NCBI GenBank assembly: GCA_045580045.1
Contig: JAZNNC010000025.1
Location: 20,367 to 84,366, forward strand
Direction of reading: 5' to 3'
Origin: Tidjanibacter sp.
Lineage (GTDB): Bacteria; Bacteroidota; Bacteroidia; Bacteroidales; Rikenellaceae
Length of the DNA stretch: 64,000 bases
Shown here: positions 1 through 8,217 of the stretch, one piece after another
Numbering within the stretch: position 1 is the first letter of the stretch
Layout: each line of letters begins with the position of its first letter
Program-made: the position numbers and the translations under genes
Notes under the pieces: model-generated
The model's input: the letters and a program-made list of their open reading frames with translations, nothing else
The model's database searches: none
What the model was told of the DNA's origin: nothing

Positions 1-679
1 CCGCCACAACAAATTGGTGTTCGGGAAACTCTTTCGCAAGAGCCGTCATAAAAGCCAGATTGCGCCTAACCTCGCTGGTGCGACTACCCGCCAACAGTGC
101 CACGATGGGCCTGTCCGCGAGTCCGTTAAGCCTGCAAAACTCCTCCCTCGGAGGCACCACGGCAAGCGTCTGGGCTATGGAGTCCATAATAGGGTTGCCC
201 TCATAGACAGCCTCTATTCCTTTGCCCTTGAAATAGTCAATCTCAAAGGGGAAAATAACAAATAGCTTATCGACATATTTGCGAATACGCTCCACCCTGC
301 GCTCCTTCCACGCCCACACTTTGGGTGAGATGTAGTAGAAGGTGCGGAGGCCTCTCTTGTGGGCAAACTTTGCCACCTTGAAGTTAAAGCCGGGGTAGTC
401 GATACAGATGAGCACATCGGGCGCAAAGGCAATCAAATCGCGCTTACACTCATCGAGTTGGCTGAAAATGGTGGGCAGATTACGCAACACCTCCGTAACC
501 CCAAAGAAAGAGGTTTTTTTGTAGTGTTTGACAAGGTTTTCTGCACCTCCCACCTCGGCCATACGGTCGCCACCCCAGAAGCGGAATTGCGCCTCAGGGT
601 CGGCTTTGAGGATGCCTTTCATAAGGTTGGAGCCGTGCAGGTCGCCACTCGCCTCTCCTGCAATAATGTAGTATTTCAT
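1..679 (-). CDS. lpxB: Lipid-A-disaccharide synthase (C-terminal part lies outside the window)
   Basis: Not in the ORF track because it runs off the edge. My translation from ATG at 679 reads MKYYIIAGEASGDLHGSNLMKGIL...IDYPGFN...YYISPKVWAWK...IFPFE...GNP...LLAGSR, the LpxB signature blocks. Confidence 0.95.
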   Translation of the reverse strand, partial: MKYYIIAGEASGDLHGSNLMKGILKADPEAQFRFWGGDRMAEVGGAENLVKHYKKTSFFGVTEVLRNLPTIFSQLDECKRDLIAFAPDVLICIDYPGFNFKVAKFAHKRGLRTFYYISPKVWAWKERRVERIRKYVDKLFVIFPFEIDYFKGKGIEAVYEGNPIMDSIAQTLAVVPPREEFCRLNGLADRPIVALLAGSRTSEVRRNLAFMTALAKEFPEHQFVVA

Positions 680-694
680 TTGAATAGTGCGGTT

Positions 695-1372
695 CTATTT
701 ATCCAACAAGTCGGGGCGGAGTCTTTTGGTGCGCTCATAGGCTTGTTCCTCCTTCCACGCCTCAATCTTGGCAAAGTTGCCACTCGTCAGCACCTCGGGC
801 ACCTTCCAGCCATTGAACTCGGCGGGGCGGGTGTAGATGGGCGGAGCGAGCAGGTTGTCCTGAAACGAGTCCGTCAGGGCCGACTCCTCGTCGCCAATGG
901 CCCCCGGCAGCAGGCGCACCACACTGTCGGCAATAATCGCAGCAGCCAACTCGCCTCCCGTCAACACATAGTCGCCAACGGAAATCTCCTTGGTAATGAG
1001 GTGTTCGCGGATGCGGTAGTCGATGCCCTTGTAGTGGCCACAGAGGATTATGATGTTCTCCATTGTGGATAGGTGGTTGGCCTCCTGCTGATTGTAGGTT
1101 GCACCATCGGGCGAAGTGAAGATAATCTCGTCGTAGTGTCGCTCGCTTTTGAGTTTCTCAATGAGGCGATAGACGGGCTCAATCATCATCACCATACCGG
1201 CCTCGCCACCAAAGGGGTAGTCGTCCACCTGACCGTGTTTGGAGGTGGTGTAGTCGCGGATGTTGTGTACCACAATCTCTGCCAACCCCTTCTCCTGCGC
1301 CCTGCGAAGAATAGACTCATTGAGGGGTGAGGTAAGAAGGTCCGGAACAACCGTGAGAATATCGATGCGCAT
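695..1372 (-). CDS. trmD: tRNA (guanine-N1)-methyltransferase
   Basis: [43 protein letters not shown] and YTRP motifs. Confidence 0.97.
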   Translation of the reverse strand: MRIDILTVVPDLLTSPLNESILRRAQEKGLAEIVVHNIRDYTTSKHGQVDDYPFGGEAGMVMMIEPVYRLIEKLKSERHYDEIIFTSPDGATYNQQEANHLSTMENIIILCGHYKGIDYRIREHLITKEISVGDYVLTGGELAAAIIADSVVRLLPGAIGDEESALTDSFQDNLLAPPIYTRPAEFNGWKVPEVLTSGNFAKIEAWKEEQAYERTKRLRPDLLDK

Positions 1373-1384
1373 AGTCTGTTGTGT

Positions 1385-2059
1385 TTATTCGTTGTAGGGT
1401 TTATTGAAGCCCCCGTCGAGGACTTCGGTAATGAACGGGTTGGTGTTAAGTTCCTGTGCAATGGTGGTTTCTCGTCCGTGTCCGGGCAACACCCGCACAC
1501 CTCCTCCGAGGGGCAACACCTTCTCTATGAGGCTCTCCATAAGTTTGTCGTAGTCGCCGCCGGGCAGGTCGGTACGACCAATGCTGCCCGCAAAGAGGGT
1601 ATCACCACTAATCAACACACCCTGCGAAGGCAGATAGAGGCAGACGCACCCCTGCGAGTGGCCCGGAGTGTGGATAATTTCCACCCTCTCTCCGCCAAGC
1701 TCAATGTATGGTTTCTCGGCAAGGTCCACATCGGCCGTCTGCGGCTCAATCGAGAAGCCGAACATCAAGCCGTGGATGTGCACTTGCGCAAGAAGCTCGC
1801 TATCGGCCGAGTGGAGCGCAAGGGGAATATTGTAGTGCTGTTTTGCCCGCGCAGCACCAACCGCGTGGTCGGGATGTGCGTGTGTAAGGAGCGACAGTAT
1901 GGGTTTCAAATTGTGGTCGGCAATGTAGTCGGCAAGCCTTTTCTGCTCTGCATCGTTGTAGCAACCGGCATCCACAATCACACACTCACCGTCCTCGGCA
2001 ATTAGGAGGTATGTATTCTCACCCAAAGGATTGAAGGTAAATCGTGCAATCTTTATCAT
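1385..2059 (-). CDS. MBL-fold metallo-hydrolase (glyoxalase II/YcbL-like)
   Basis: THAHPDH (HxHxDH), HTPGHS, GDTLFAGSIGRTDLPGG, PGHG. Confidence 0.9.
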   Translation of the reverse strand: MIKIARFTFNPLGENTYLLIAEDGECVIVDAGCYNDAEQKRLADYIADHNLKPILSLLTHAHPDHAVGAARAKQHYNIPLALHSADSELLAQVHIHGLMFGFSIEPQTADVDLAEKPYIELGGERVEIIHTPGHSQGCVCLYLPSQGVLISGDTLFAGSIGRTDLPGGDYDKLMESLIEKVLPLGGGVRVLPGHGRETTIAQELNTNPFITEVLDGGFNKPYNE

Positions 2060-2146
2060 ATAAAAATGTTGTAATTTCCTACAAATGTAGGAAGTTTTTT
2101 TGAGATTTTATGTATCTTTGTTTCATAATTGGATAATTATGTTTTT

Positions 2147-3553
2147 ATGGCAAGAAACAGACACCCCAGAATTGAGGGACTCGAAATAACCTCTTTGGCT
2201 GCCGAAGGCAATGCCATGGGTAAGTGGAACGACATTGTGGTATTTGTGCCGATGGCCGTACCGGGCGATGTTGTAAACGTACAGATTCGCACCAAGCGCA
2301 GGCGTTATATGGAGGGCTACGTTACGGAATACATCAAGCGTTCGCCCCTGCGTGTGGAGCCATTTTGTGGCCACTTTGGCGTGTGTGGCGGTTGCAAGTG
2401 GCAGAGCATACCATACAGCGAGCAGCTCGCCTTCAAGCAGCAGCAGGTGGCCGACCAGCTCACCCGCATCGGACACGTGGAGATTCCTCCCATCAGCCCA
2501 ATCCTCGGCTCGGCCAAGACCGACCATTACCGCAACAAACTCGAATTTACCTTTGCGCCCAAGAGGTGGAAAACCTACGAGGAGGTGGCTCGTGGCGAGG
2601 AGATTGGCGATAGGCCCGCACTCGGCTTCCACATCCCCGGAATGTTCGACAAGGTGCTCGACATCGACTACTGCCACCTGCAAGCCGAGCCATCCAACGC
2701 CATACGCAACGAGTTGCGCCGCTACTGCACCGAGCACGAGGGGTATGAGTTCTACGACATCCGTCAACACTCGGGCCTGATGCGTAACGTGGTAATCCGC
2801 ACCGCCTCCACAGGTGAGGTTATGGTCATTGTGGTCTTTGCCCAAGACAAGCCCGAACTTATCACCCCCCTGATGGAGCACCTCAAAACGACCTTCCCCG
2901 AAATCACCTCGTTGGTCTATATGATTAACGACAAACTCAACGACTCGCTCGGCGATAGGGAGCCCATCCTCTATGCGGGCCGCGACCACATCTTCGAGCA
3001 GATGGAGGGGCTTCGCTTCAAGGTTGGCCCTAAGTCGTTCTACCAGACCAACTCGGAGCAGGCCTACGAACTCTACAAGGTGGCTCGCTCGTTTGCCGAC
3101 CTGACGGGAGAAGAGGTGGTCTATGACCTCTACACCGGCACCGGCACCATTGCCAACTTTGTGGCCTCGAAGGCCAAGAGTGTGGTGGGTGTGGAGTATG
3201 TGGAGGAGGCCATTGAGGATGCCAAAGTGAACTCCGCCCTCAACGGCATTGGCAACACCACATTCTATGCCGGCGATATGAAAGACGTGATGAACGATGC
3301 CTTTGTGGAGGCCAACGGAAGGCCCGACGTGGTCATCTTGGACCCTCCGAGGGCTGGTGTACACGAGGATGTGATTGCCACCATCCTCCGAGCAGCCCCC
3401 GAAAGAATTGTCTATGTGAGTTGCAACCCTGCCACGCAGGCTCGCGACCTTGCACTGATGGACGCACAATACAAAGTGGTGGCGGTGCAGCCGGTGGATA
3501 TGTTCCCCCACACCCACCACGTTGAGAATGTAGTAAAACTAGTAAGGCGATGA
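2147..3553 (+). CDS. rlmD: 23S rRNA (uracil-1939-C5)-methyltransferase
   Basis: TRAM N-terminus, CGHFGVCGGCKWQ Fe-S motif, SFYQTN, DLYTGTGTI, DPPRAG, YVSCNPATQARD, VDMFPHTHHVE. An alternative TTG start lies at 2129. Confidence 0.95.
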   Translation: MARNRHPRIEGLEITSLAAEGNAMGKWNDIVVFVPMAVPGDVVNVQIRTKRRRYMEGYVTEYIKRSPLRVEPFCGHFGVCGGCKWQSIPYSEQLAFKQQQVADQLTRIGHVEIPPISPILGSAKTDHYRNKLEFTFAPKRWKTYEEVARGEEIGDRPALGFHIPGMFDKVLDIDYCHLQAEPSNAIRNELRRYCTEHEGYEFYDIRQHSGLMRNVVIRTASTGEVMVIVVFAQDKPELITPLMEHLKTTFPEITSLVYMINDKLNDSLGDREPILYAGRDHIFEQMEGLRFKVGPKSFYQTNSEQAYELYKVARSFADLTGEEVVYDLYTGTGTIANFVASKAKSVVGVEYVEEAIEDAKVNSALNGIGNTTFYAGDMKDVMNDAFVEANGRPDVVILDPPRAGVHEDVIATILRAAPERIVYVSCNPATQARDLALMDAQYKVVAVQPVDMFPHTHHVENVVKLVRR

Positions 3554-4167
3554 AAAGATTGTTTGCAACCATAGTGGCCACGTTGTGTGGCCTGTGGGCC
3601 CTCTCGGCCCAACTTACCGTGGTGGAGGCCCCCGAAACCGACGCTGTCTATCGCATCCCCTTGAAGAAGGGCGTGGTTGTACAAGCCGAAAGACTCTCAC
3701 CCTTGCAGTGTGGTATGGCACAGCACCTCAACCTCGTGGATTTCTGCACTTGGAAGTTCACCACCAAAGAGCCCTCGGAGGTGTATGCTGCGAGGGATGG
3801 TGTGGTTGTCGAAACGTCGAGGGACAAGGTGCGCCTGCTCCACAAGGAGGGTATCTACACCGACTATTTGGGCATTTCCAACGTGAAGGTGGCGCAGGGA
3901 GAAAAAGTAAAGGCCGGTACACCCATCGCATCGGCACGAGTGAGCGACTCCAACAAGCCCGACTTGTGCAGGTGGAGTGTGGTGGTAATGACATTCCACT
4001 TCCGCACCAACCCACAGTATGGACAATTTGCCCTCAATGGAGCCTACGAGCACCTGATGCAATTCGTTGACCCCATATTCACCATCCGTGGGGAGTGTAA
4101 GACACATCTTACGGATGGTGGAGCCTACACGGTGCGCACCCGCACGTGGTGTTGGCCTTGGGAGTAG
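3550..4167 (+). CDS. Secreted protein with a degenerate M23-peptidase-like (duplicated hybrid) domain
   Basis: Signal peptide MKRLFATIVATLCGLWALSAQ; VYAARDGVVV...H.EGIYTDY...VKVAQGEKVKAGTPIA resembles M23, but the Zn-ligand His motifs are absent. ATGA overlap with rlmD. Confidence 0.6.
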   Translation: MKRLFATIVATLCGLWALSAQLTVVEAPETDAVYRIPLKKGVVVQAERLSPLQCGMAQHLNLVDFCTWKFTTKEPSEVYAARDGVVVETSRDKVRLLHKEGIYTDYLGISNVKVAQGEKVKAGTPIASARVSDSNKPDLCRWSVVVMTFHFRTNPQYGQFALNGAYEHLMQFVDPIFTIRGECKTHLTDGGAYTVRTRTWCWPWE

Positions 4168-4238
4168 GGAAAGTGGGCACGCTATTTGTCCCAACCCCTC
4201 ACATACAACAAGAAAAAGAACCTAAATTCATAACCACT

Positions 4239-4694
4239 ATGAAACAGCAACTAACACTCAACTACCTCCACTACGAGGCCATAGAGGAGATGCCTGCCGA
4301 AGAGCAGGAGCTCGTGCGTGCTGCCGAGCAGGCTTGCGGCAAGGCCATCGCCTCCTATTCCCACTTCCACGTTGGAGCAGCGGCAAGGCTCGCAAGTGGA
4401 CGCATCATCACAGGTAGTAACATCGAGAGTGAGGTCTATCCCGCAGGCCTTTGTGCCGAGCGCACCCTCCTCTACCACCACCAAGCCACCACCCCCGAGG
4501 ACAAAATCGTGGCCCTCGCCATAGCCTCCGTGCCCAGCCACAGGGAGTGCTATCCGTGTGGTCAGTGCCGTCAGGTGTTGCACGATGTGGAGAAACGCCA
4601 AGGGGCCGATTTCAAGGTCATTATGAGTGGTGCAGGCACCGCCACAGTGGTCGAGAAGGCCAGCGACCTGCTGCCATTTACATTCATACTCTGA
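4239..4694 (+). CDS. cdd: Cytidine deaminase
   Basis: YSHFHVGAA, GLCAER, PCGQCRQ zinc motifs. ATG at 4239 chosen over the upstream track start. Confidence 0.92.
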   Translation: MKQQLTLNYLHYEAIEEMPAEEQELVRAAEQACGKAIASYSHFHVGAAARLASGRIITGSNIESEVYPAGLCAERTLLYHHQATTPEDKIVALAIASVPSHRECYPCGQCRQVLHDVEKRQGADFKVIMSGAGTATVVEKASDLLPFTFIL

Positions 4695-4728
4695 CACTCA
4701 CAAACAAAACCATAAGACAACCCAAGCG

Positions 4729-5421
4729 ATGTTCAACAAACACGACATACTCTACGAAGACAACCATCTGCTGGCGGTCAACAAACACGCCGGCGACCTT
4801 GTGCAGTCCGACACCGAGGGAACGCTCGGTTTGGAGGACCACATCAAGGAGTATATAAAAATCAGGGACGAGAAACCCGGCGATGTGTTCCTCGGTGTGG
4901 TACACCGCATCGACCGCCCCGTCAGTGGCGTGGTGCTCTTTGCCAAGACCAGCAAGGCCCTTGTGAGGCTCAACGAGATGGTGCGCAACCGCAACATAGA
5001 CAAGCGTTATTGGGCCATCACGGAGGAGGCTCCCGAGGAGTTGGAGGGTACATTGGTGCACTACATCAGCCGAGATGGTAAGACCAACAAAGCCTCGGCC
5101 TACAACTCCCAAAAGGGCGATGCCAAGAGGGCCGAGTTGCGCTACAAACTCCTCGGTGGCAGCAAGAACTACAAGCTCCTCGAAGTGGAACTCATCACAG
5201 GTCGTCATCACCAAATACGTTGCCAACTCTCCAAGGTGGGTTGCCCCATCAAGGGCGACCTGAAATATGGTGCCAAGCGCAGCAACGTGGGCGGTGGCAT
5301 TTCGCTCCACTCGCGCAGTGTGGAGTTCCTCCACCCCGTAAGGAAGGAGCCCATCAAAATCGTTGCCCCCGTACCCGAGGGCGATGCTCTGTGGCAGTTC
5401 TTTGAGGAGAGCCAAGGGTAG
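4729..5421 (+). CDS. RluA-family RNA pseudouridine synthase
   Basis: ILYEDNHLLAVNK, VHRIDRPVSG (catalytic Asp), ITGRHHQIR, GDLKYG. Confidence 0.92.
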   Translation: MFNKHDILYEDNHLLAVNKHAGDLVQSDTEGTLGLEDHIKEYIKIRDEKPGDVFLGVVHRIDRPVSGVVLFAKTSKALVRLNEMVRNRNIDKRYWAITEEAPEELEGTLVHYISRDGKTNKASAYNSQKGDAKRAELRYKLLGGSKNYKLLEVELITGRHHQIRCQLSKVGCPIKGDLKYGAKRSNVGGGISLHSRSVEFLHPVRKEPIKIVAPVPEGDALWQFFEESQG

Positions 5422-5426
5422 GGATG

Positions 5427-5447
5427 AAAATTCAAAATTCAAAATTC
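5427..5447 (+). repeat. Heptamer tandem array (AAAATTC)x3
   Basis: Read directly; starts 6 nt after the rluA stop. Confidence 0.85.
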
Positions 5448-5469
5448 TTCACTAATTACTCTTTATCTT

Positions 5470-5910
5470 ATGAAGCGCAGTGTAAAGAACATACTATTGA
5501 GTATGTTGGGTTTTTCGGCAGCACCCATTCTGACTGCCTGCTATGGTATGCCCGAACCTGGTCCAGACCAATATTGGGACAAGGATTTCAAAGGCAAAGT
5601 TACCGACACATCGGGAAATCCCATTGAGGGAGTGAAGGTCTATGTGGGCCAGAGGGATTATGCCTTCCCAGACTACATATACACCCCCGTTGCAGGCCAC
5701 AACCCCACAATGACCAATGCCGAGGGTAACTTCACAATACACGTTGGCACCGTGCCACACGAAACATACTTCGTGGCCGAAGATGTGGATGGGCTTGACA
5801 ATGGGCACTACCACACTACCGAAGAGTGGCTGATGCACTTTGACGGCGTAATTGAGATGCAGGAGGTTATCTCCGACAACGAAGAAGAAACAGTCGCCCC
5901 CACCGAATAA
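5470..5910 (+). CDS. Radical-SAM-associated lipoprotein (TIGR04134-like), paralog 1
   Basis: Signal MKRSVKNILLSMLGFSAAPILTAC (lipobox Cys24) followed by YGMP; GNPIEGVKV, TNAEGNF and EDVDGLDNGHY; directly upstream of the rSAM/SPASM gene. Confidence 0.85.
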   Translation: MKRSVKNILLSMLGFSAAPILTACYGMPEPGPDQYWDKDFKGKVTDTSGNPIEGVKVYVGQRDYAFPDYIYTPVAGHNPTMTNAEGNFTIHVGTVPHETYFVAEDVDGLDNGHYHTTEEWLMHFDGVIEMQEVISDNEEETVAPTE

Positions 5911-5920
5911 GTTCTATCAA

Positions 5921-7042
5921 ATGAAAAAGGCAAAAAAGATAGGCCTGCGCAAGCGACTTGCGCTCAATCTCTTTGCAAGTATCAAAAAGGAACTCGCAAA
6001 GGAGCACGAGTTACGCGAGATTTTCTGGGAGTGTACGCTGCGTTGCAACCTCAACTGCGGGCACTGCGGTAGCGATTGTCGCAGTAGTGCCACCGTGCCC
6101 GATATGCCTGCCGAGGACTTCCTGCGAGCCATCGACCAAATCACCCCACACGTGAACCCCAACAGGGTGATGGTGGTCATCACCGGTGGCGAGGCACTCT
6201 GCCGTAAGGACCTTGAAGCGGTGGGGCGTGAACTCTACAAGAGGGGCTATCCGTGGGGTATTGTCACCAACGGTATGTTGCTCACTCGTGAGCGTATGGA
6301 GTCGCTCGTGAGGGCCGGCCTACGCTCCATAACCCTTTCGCTCGATGGCTTTGAAGATGTACACAACGCCATACGTCGCCACCCACACAGTTGGCGCAAC
6401 GCTGTGAGGGCACTGGATGCCATTGTCGCCACCGAAGGCATTGCCTACGACGTGGTTACCTGCGTGGGGCCACACAACTACGCCTCCCTGCCCGAACTGC
6501 GAGATTGGCTCATTGAGCGAGGGTGCAAGGCGTGGAGGCTCTTTACGATATTCCCCGTGGGCAGGGCTGCCGACAACGATGAGTTGCAACTCTCGTCGGA
6601 GGAGTACCGAGGGCTGATGGAGTTCATCATCGCCACCCGCAAGGAGGGACGCATCAAGTGCGACTACGCCTGTGAGGGTTTCCTCGGAGGCTACGAGGCC
6701 GAGGTGAGGGATAGGTTCTTCGGCTGTATGGCGGGAGTGAGCATTTGCGGCATAAAGATAGACGGCGCCATCAGTGCCTGCACAAGCATACGCGCAGGAT
6801 TTGACCAAGGCAACATCTACACCGACAACATCTGGGAGGTGTGGAACACCCGCTTTGAGCCCTATCGCAACCGCGAGTGGGCACGCAAGGGGGAGTGTAA
6901 GGATTGCAAGGTGTGGAAGTTCTGTCAGGGCAACGGTATGCACCTCTACGACAACGACCACAACCTGCTACACTGCAACTATAAGAGAATTCAGAATTCA
7001 GAATTCAGAATTCAGAATTCAAAATTCAAAATTCAAAATTGA
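5921..7042 (+). CDS. Radical SAM/SPASM enzyme (TIGR04133-like, rSAM/lipoprotein system)
   Basis: WECTLRCNLNCGHCGSDC (CxxxCxxC), ITGGE, SPASM-type CMAG...AC...GNI...CKDCKVWKFCQGNGMH. ATG at 5921 (MKKAKKIG). Confidence 0.9.
   Translation: MKKAKKIGLRKRLALNLFASIKKELAKEHELREIFWECTLRCNLNCGHCGSDCRSSATVPDMPAEDFLRAIDQITPHVNPNRVMVVITGGEALCRKDLEAVGRELYKRGYPWGIVTNGMLLTRERMESLVRAGLRSITLSLDGFEDVHNAIRRHPHSWRNAVRALDAIVATEGIAYDVVTCVGPHNYASLPELRDWLIERGCKAWRLFTIFPVGRAADNDELQLSSEEYRGLMEFIIATRKEGRIKCDYACEGFLGGYEAEVRDRFFGCMAGVSICGIKIDGAISACTSIRAGFDQGNIYTDNIWEVWNTRFEPYRNREWARKGECKDCKVWKFCQGNGMHLYDNDHNLLHCNYKRIQNSEFRIQNSKFKIQN
6986..7041 (+). repeat. Heptamer tandem array (AGAATTC)x5 (AAAATTC)x2 AAAATTG
   Basis: Eight units read directly; the array lies inside the last codons of the rSAM CDS. 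Confidence 0.97.
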
Positions 7043-7045
7043 CAG

Positions 7046-7085
7046 ACCCCTCCGCCTAACGGCACCTCCCCTATTAGGGGAGGAG
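7046..7085. repeat. REP-like two-hairpin palindrome
   Basis: CCCCTCC-GCC-TAAC-GGC-AC-CTCCCCT-ATT-AGGGGAG, between convergent genes. Single copy in the window. Confidence 0.55.
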
Positions 7086-7123
7086 CGGTAGGAAGGGCTG
7101 CAAAGAGCAAAAAGAGCAGAAAG

Positions 7124-7144
7124 GAATTGAGAATTGAGAATTAG
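7124..7144 (+). repeat. Heptamer tandem array (GAATTGA)x2 GAATTAG
   Basis: Read directly. Confidence 0.75.
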
Positions 7145-7153
7145 GGGAAAATC

Positions 7154-8185
7154 CTAAAAATTCTTGGGAAAATACTTCTTGCGGCCGAGCGCATAGCGGG
7201 CCACTATCCAGCCGTGCCAAATGGTGTGCGGCTCACGCACAACCGACTCTCGCCACAACTCTGTGCGTTTGATGTCCAACATTGGGCGCATCGTGCGGTA
7301 GTCCTTGTGGGCCCTTGCTACCTGCTCGGCAAGCTCCCTCCTACCACTCAAACGATAGACCAACCACGAAGCCCAATCCATCCATTTGCGCACCCTCAGG
7401 CGCCACAACTCACTCTCGGGCAGGCACTTGTGCAGCATACAGAGCGAATTGCGGAAGTTGAGATAAATCTTTCGTGGCGAGTTGTTGGGCAGAGTTCCTC
7501 CCCCGACGTGGAGCACCTCGCCCTCGGGCACCACCGCCACCTTCCAGCCACGCAATTGCAACCTCCAACAGAGGTCTATCTCCTCCATATGGGCAAAGAA
7601 ATCACCATCCAACCCACCCACACTGCGGTAGGCTTCGGCCCTGATGACCATACACGCACCGCTGGTCCAAAAGACCTCCCTTGTGTCGTCATACTGTCCA
7701 CAATCCTTTTCGGTGGTCTGCATAATGCGACCACGGCAGAAGGGGTAGCCATAGCGATCCACAAAGCCACCAGCCGCACCTGCATATTCAAAGTGGTCGG
7801 GATGGTCATAAGACAGTATTTTGGGTTGCACAGCCGCCACGTCGGGGTGTTCATCGAGGTAGTCCAGCAGAGGAGTAAGCCACCCGTTGCGAGGCTTCAC
7901 GTCGCTATTGAGCAGTACAAACACATCGGCCTCTACTCTCGCAAGCGCCCTATTATATCCCTCGGCAAAGCCAAAGTTCTCACCCAGCGGCAACCACTCC
8001 ACACTCTTTTTCTCGGTCGGGATGGCGGAATTCACCTCCTCCACCACCTTCGCGGAGCCATCGGTGGAGCCATTATCGGCCACCACAACGCCCACCTCTG
8101 TCGGTATTGTGGCAACAACCGAGGGGAGAAATTTGCTCAAAAACTTCTCTCCGTTCCAATTGAGTATTACAACTTTGGTTGTCAT
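7154..8185 (-). CDS. Glycosyltransferase family 2 protein
   Basis: VVILNWNG, ADNGSTDGS, NFGFAEGYN, LLNSD, WTSGAC, FFAHMEEIDLCWR, HVGGGT. Confidence 0.93.
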   Translation of the reverse strand: MTTKVVILNWNGEKFLSKFLPSVVATIPTEVGVVVADNGSTDGSAKVVEEVNSAIPTEKKSVEWLPLGENFGFAEGYNRALARVEADVFVLLNSDVKPRNGWLTPLLDYLDEHPDVAAVQPKILSYDHPDHFEYAGAAGGFVDRYGYPFCRGRIMQTTEKDCGQYDDTREVFWTSGACMVIRAEAYRSVGGLDGDFFAHMEEIDLCWRLQLRGWKVAVVPEGEVLHVGGGTLPNNSPRKIYLNFRNSLCMLHKCLPESELWRLRVRKWMDWASWLVYRLSGRRELAEQVARAHKDYRTMRPMLDIKRTELWRESVVREPHTIWHGWIVARYALGRKKYFPKNF

Positions 8186-8217
8186 TCCTATTGTTGCGTT
8201 CAGCTTTTAGCCGTTGG

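Noticed and set aside
359-1072. 237-aa plus-strand ORF
   Set aside because: Overlaps lpxB and trmD on the opposite strand; no motifs.
2076-2093. Palindrome TTCCTACA-AA-TGTAGGAA in the MBL/rlmD divergent region
   Set aside because: It overlaps a minus-strand -7 box (TACATTTG) and could be an operator, but a single 8-bp arm is within chance.
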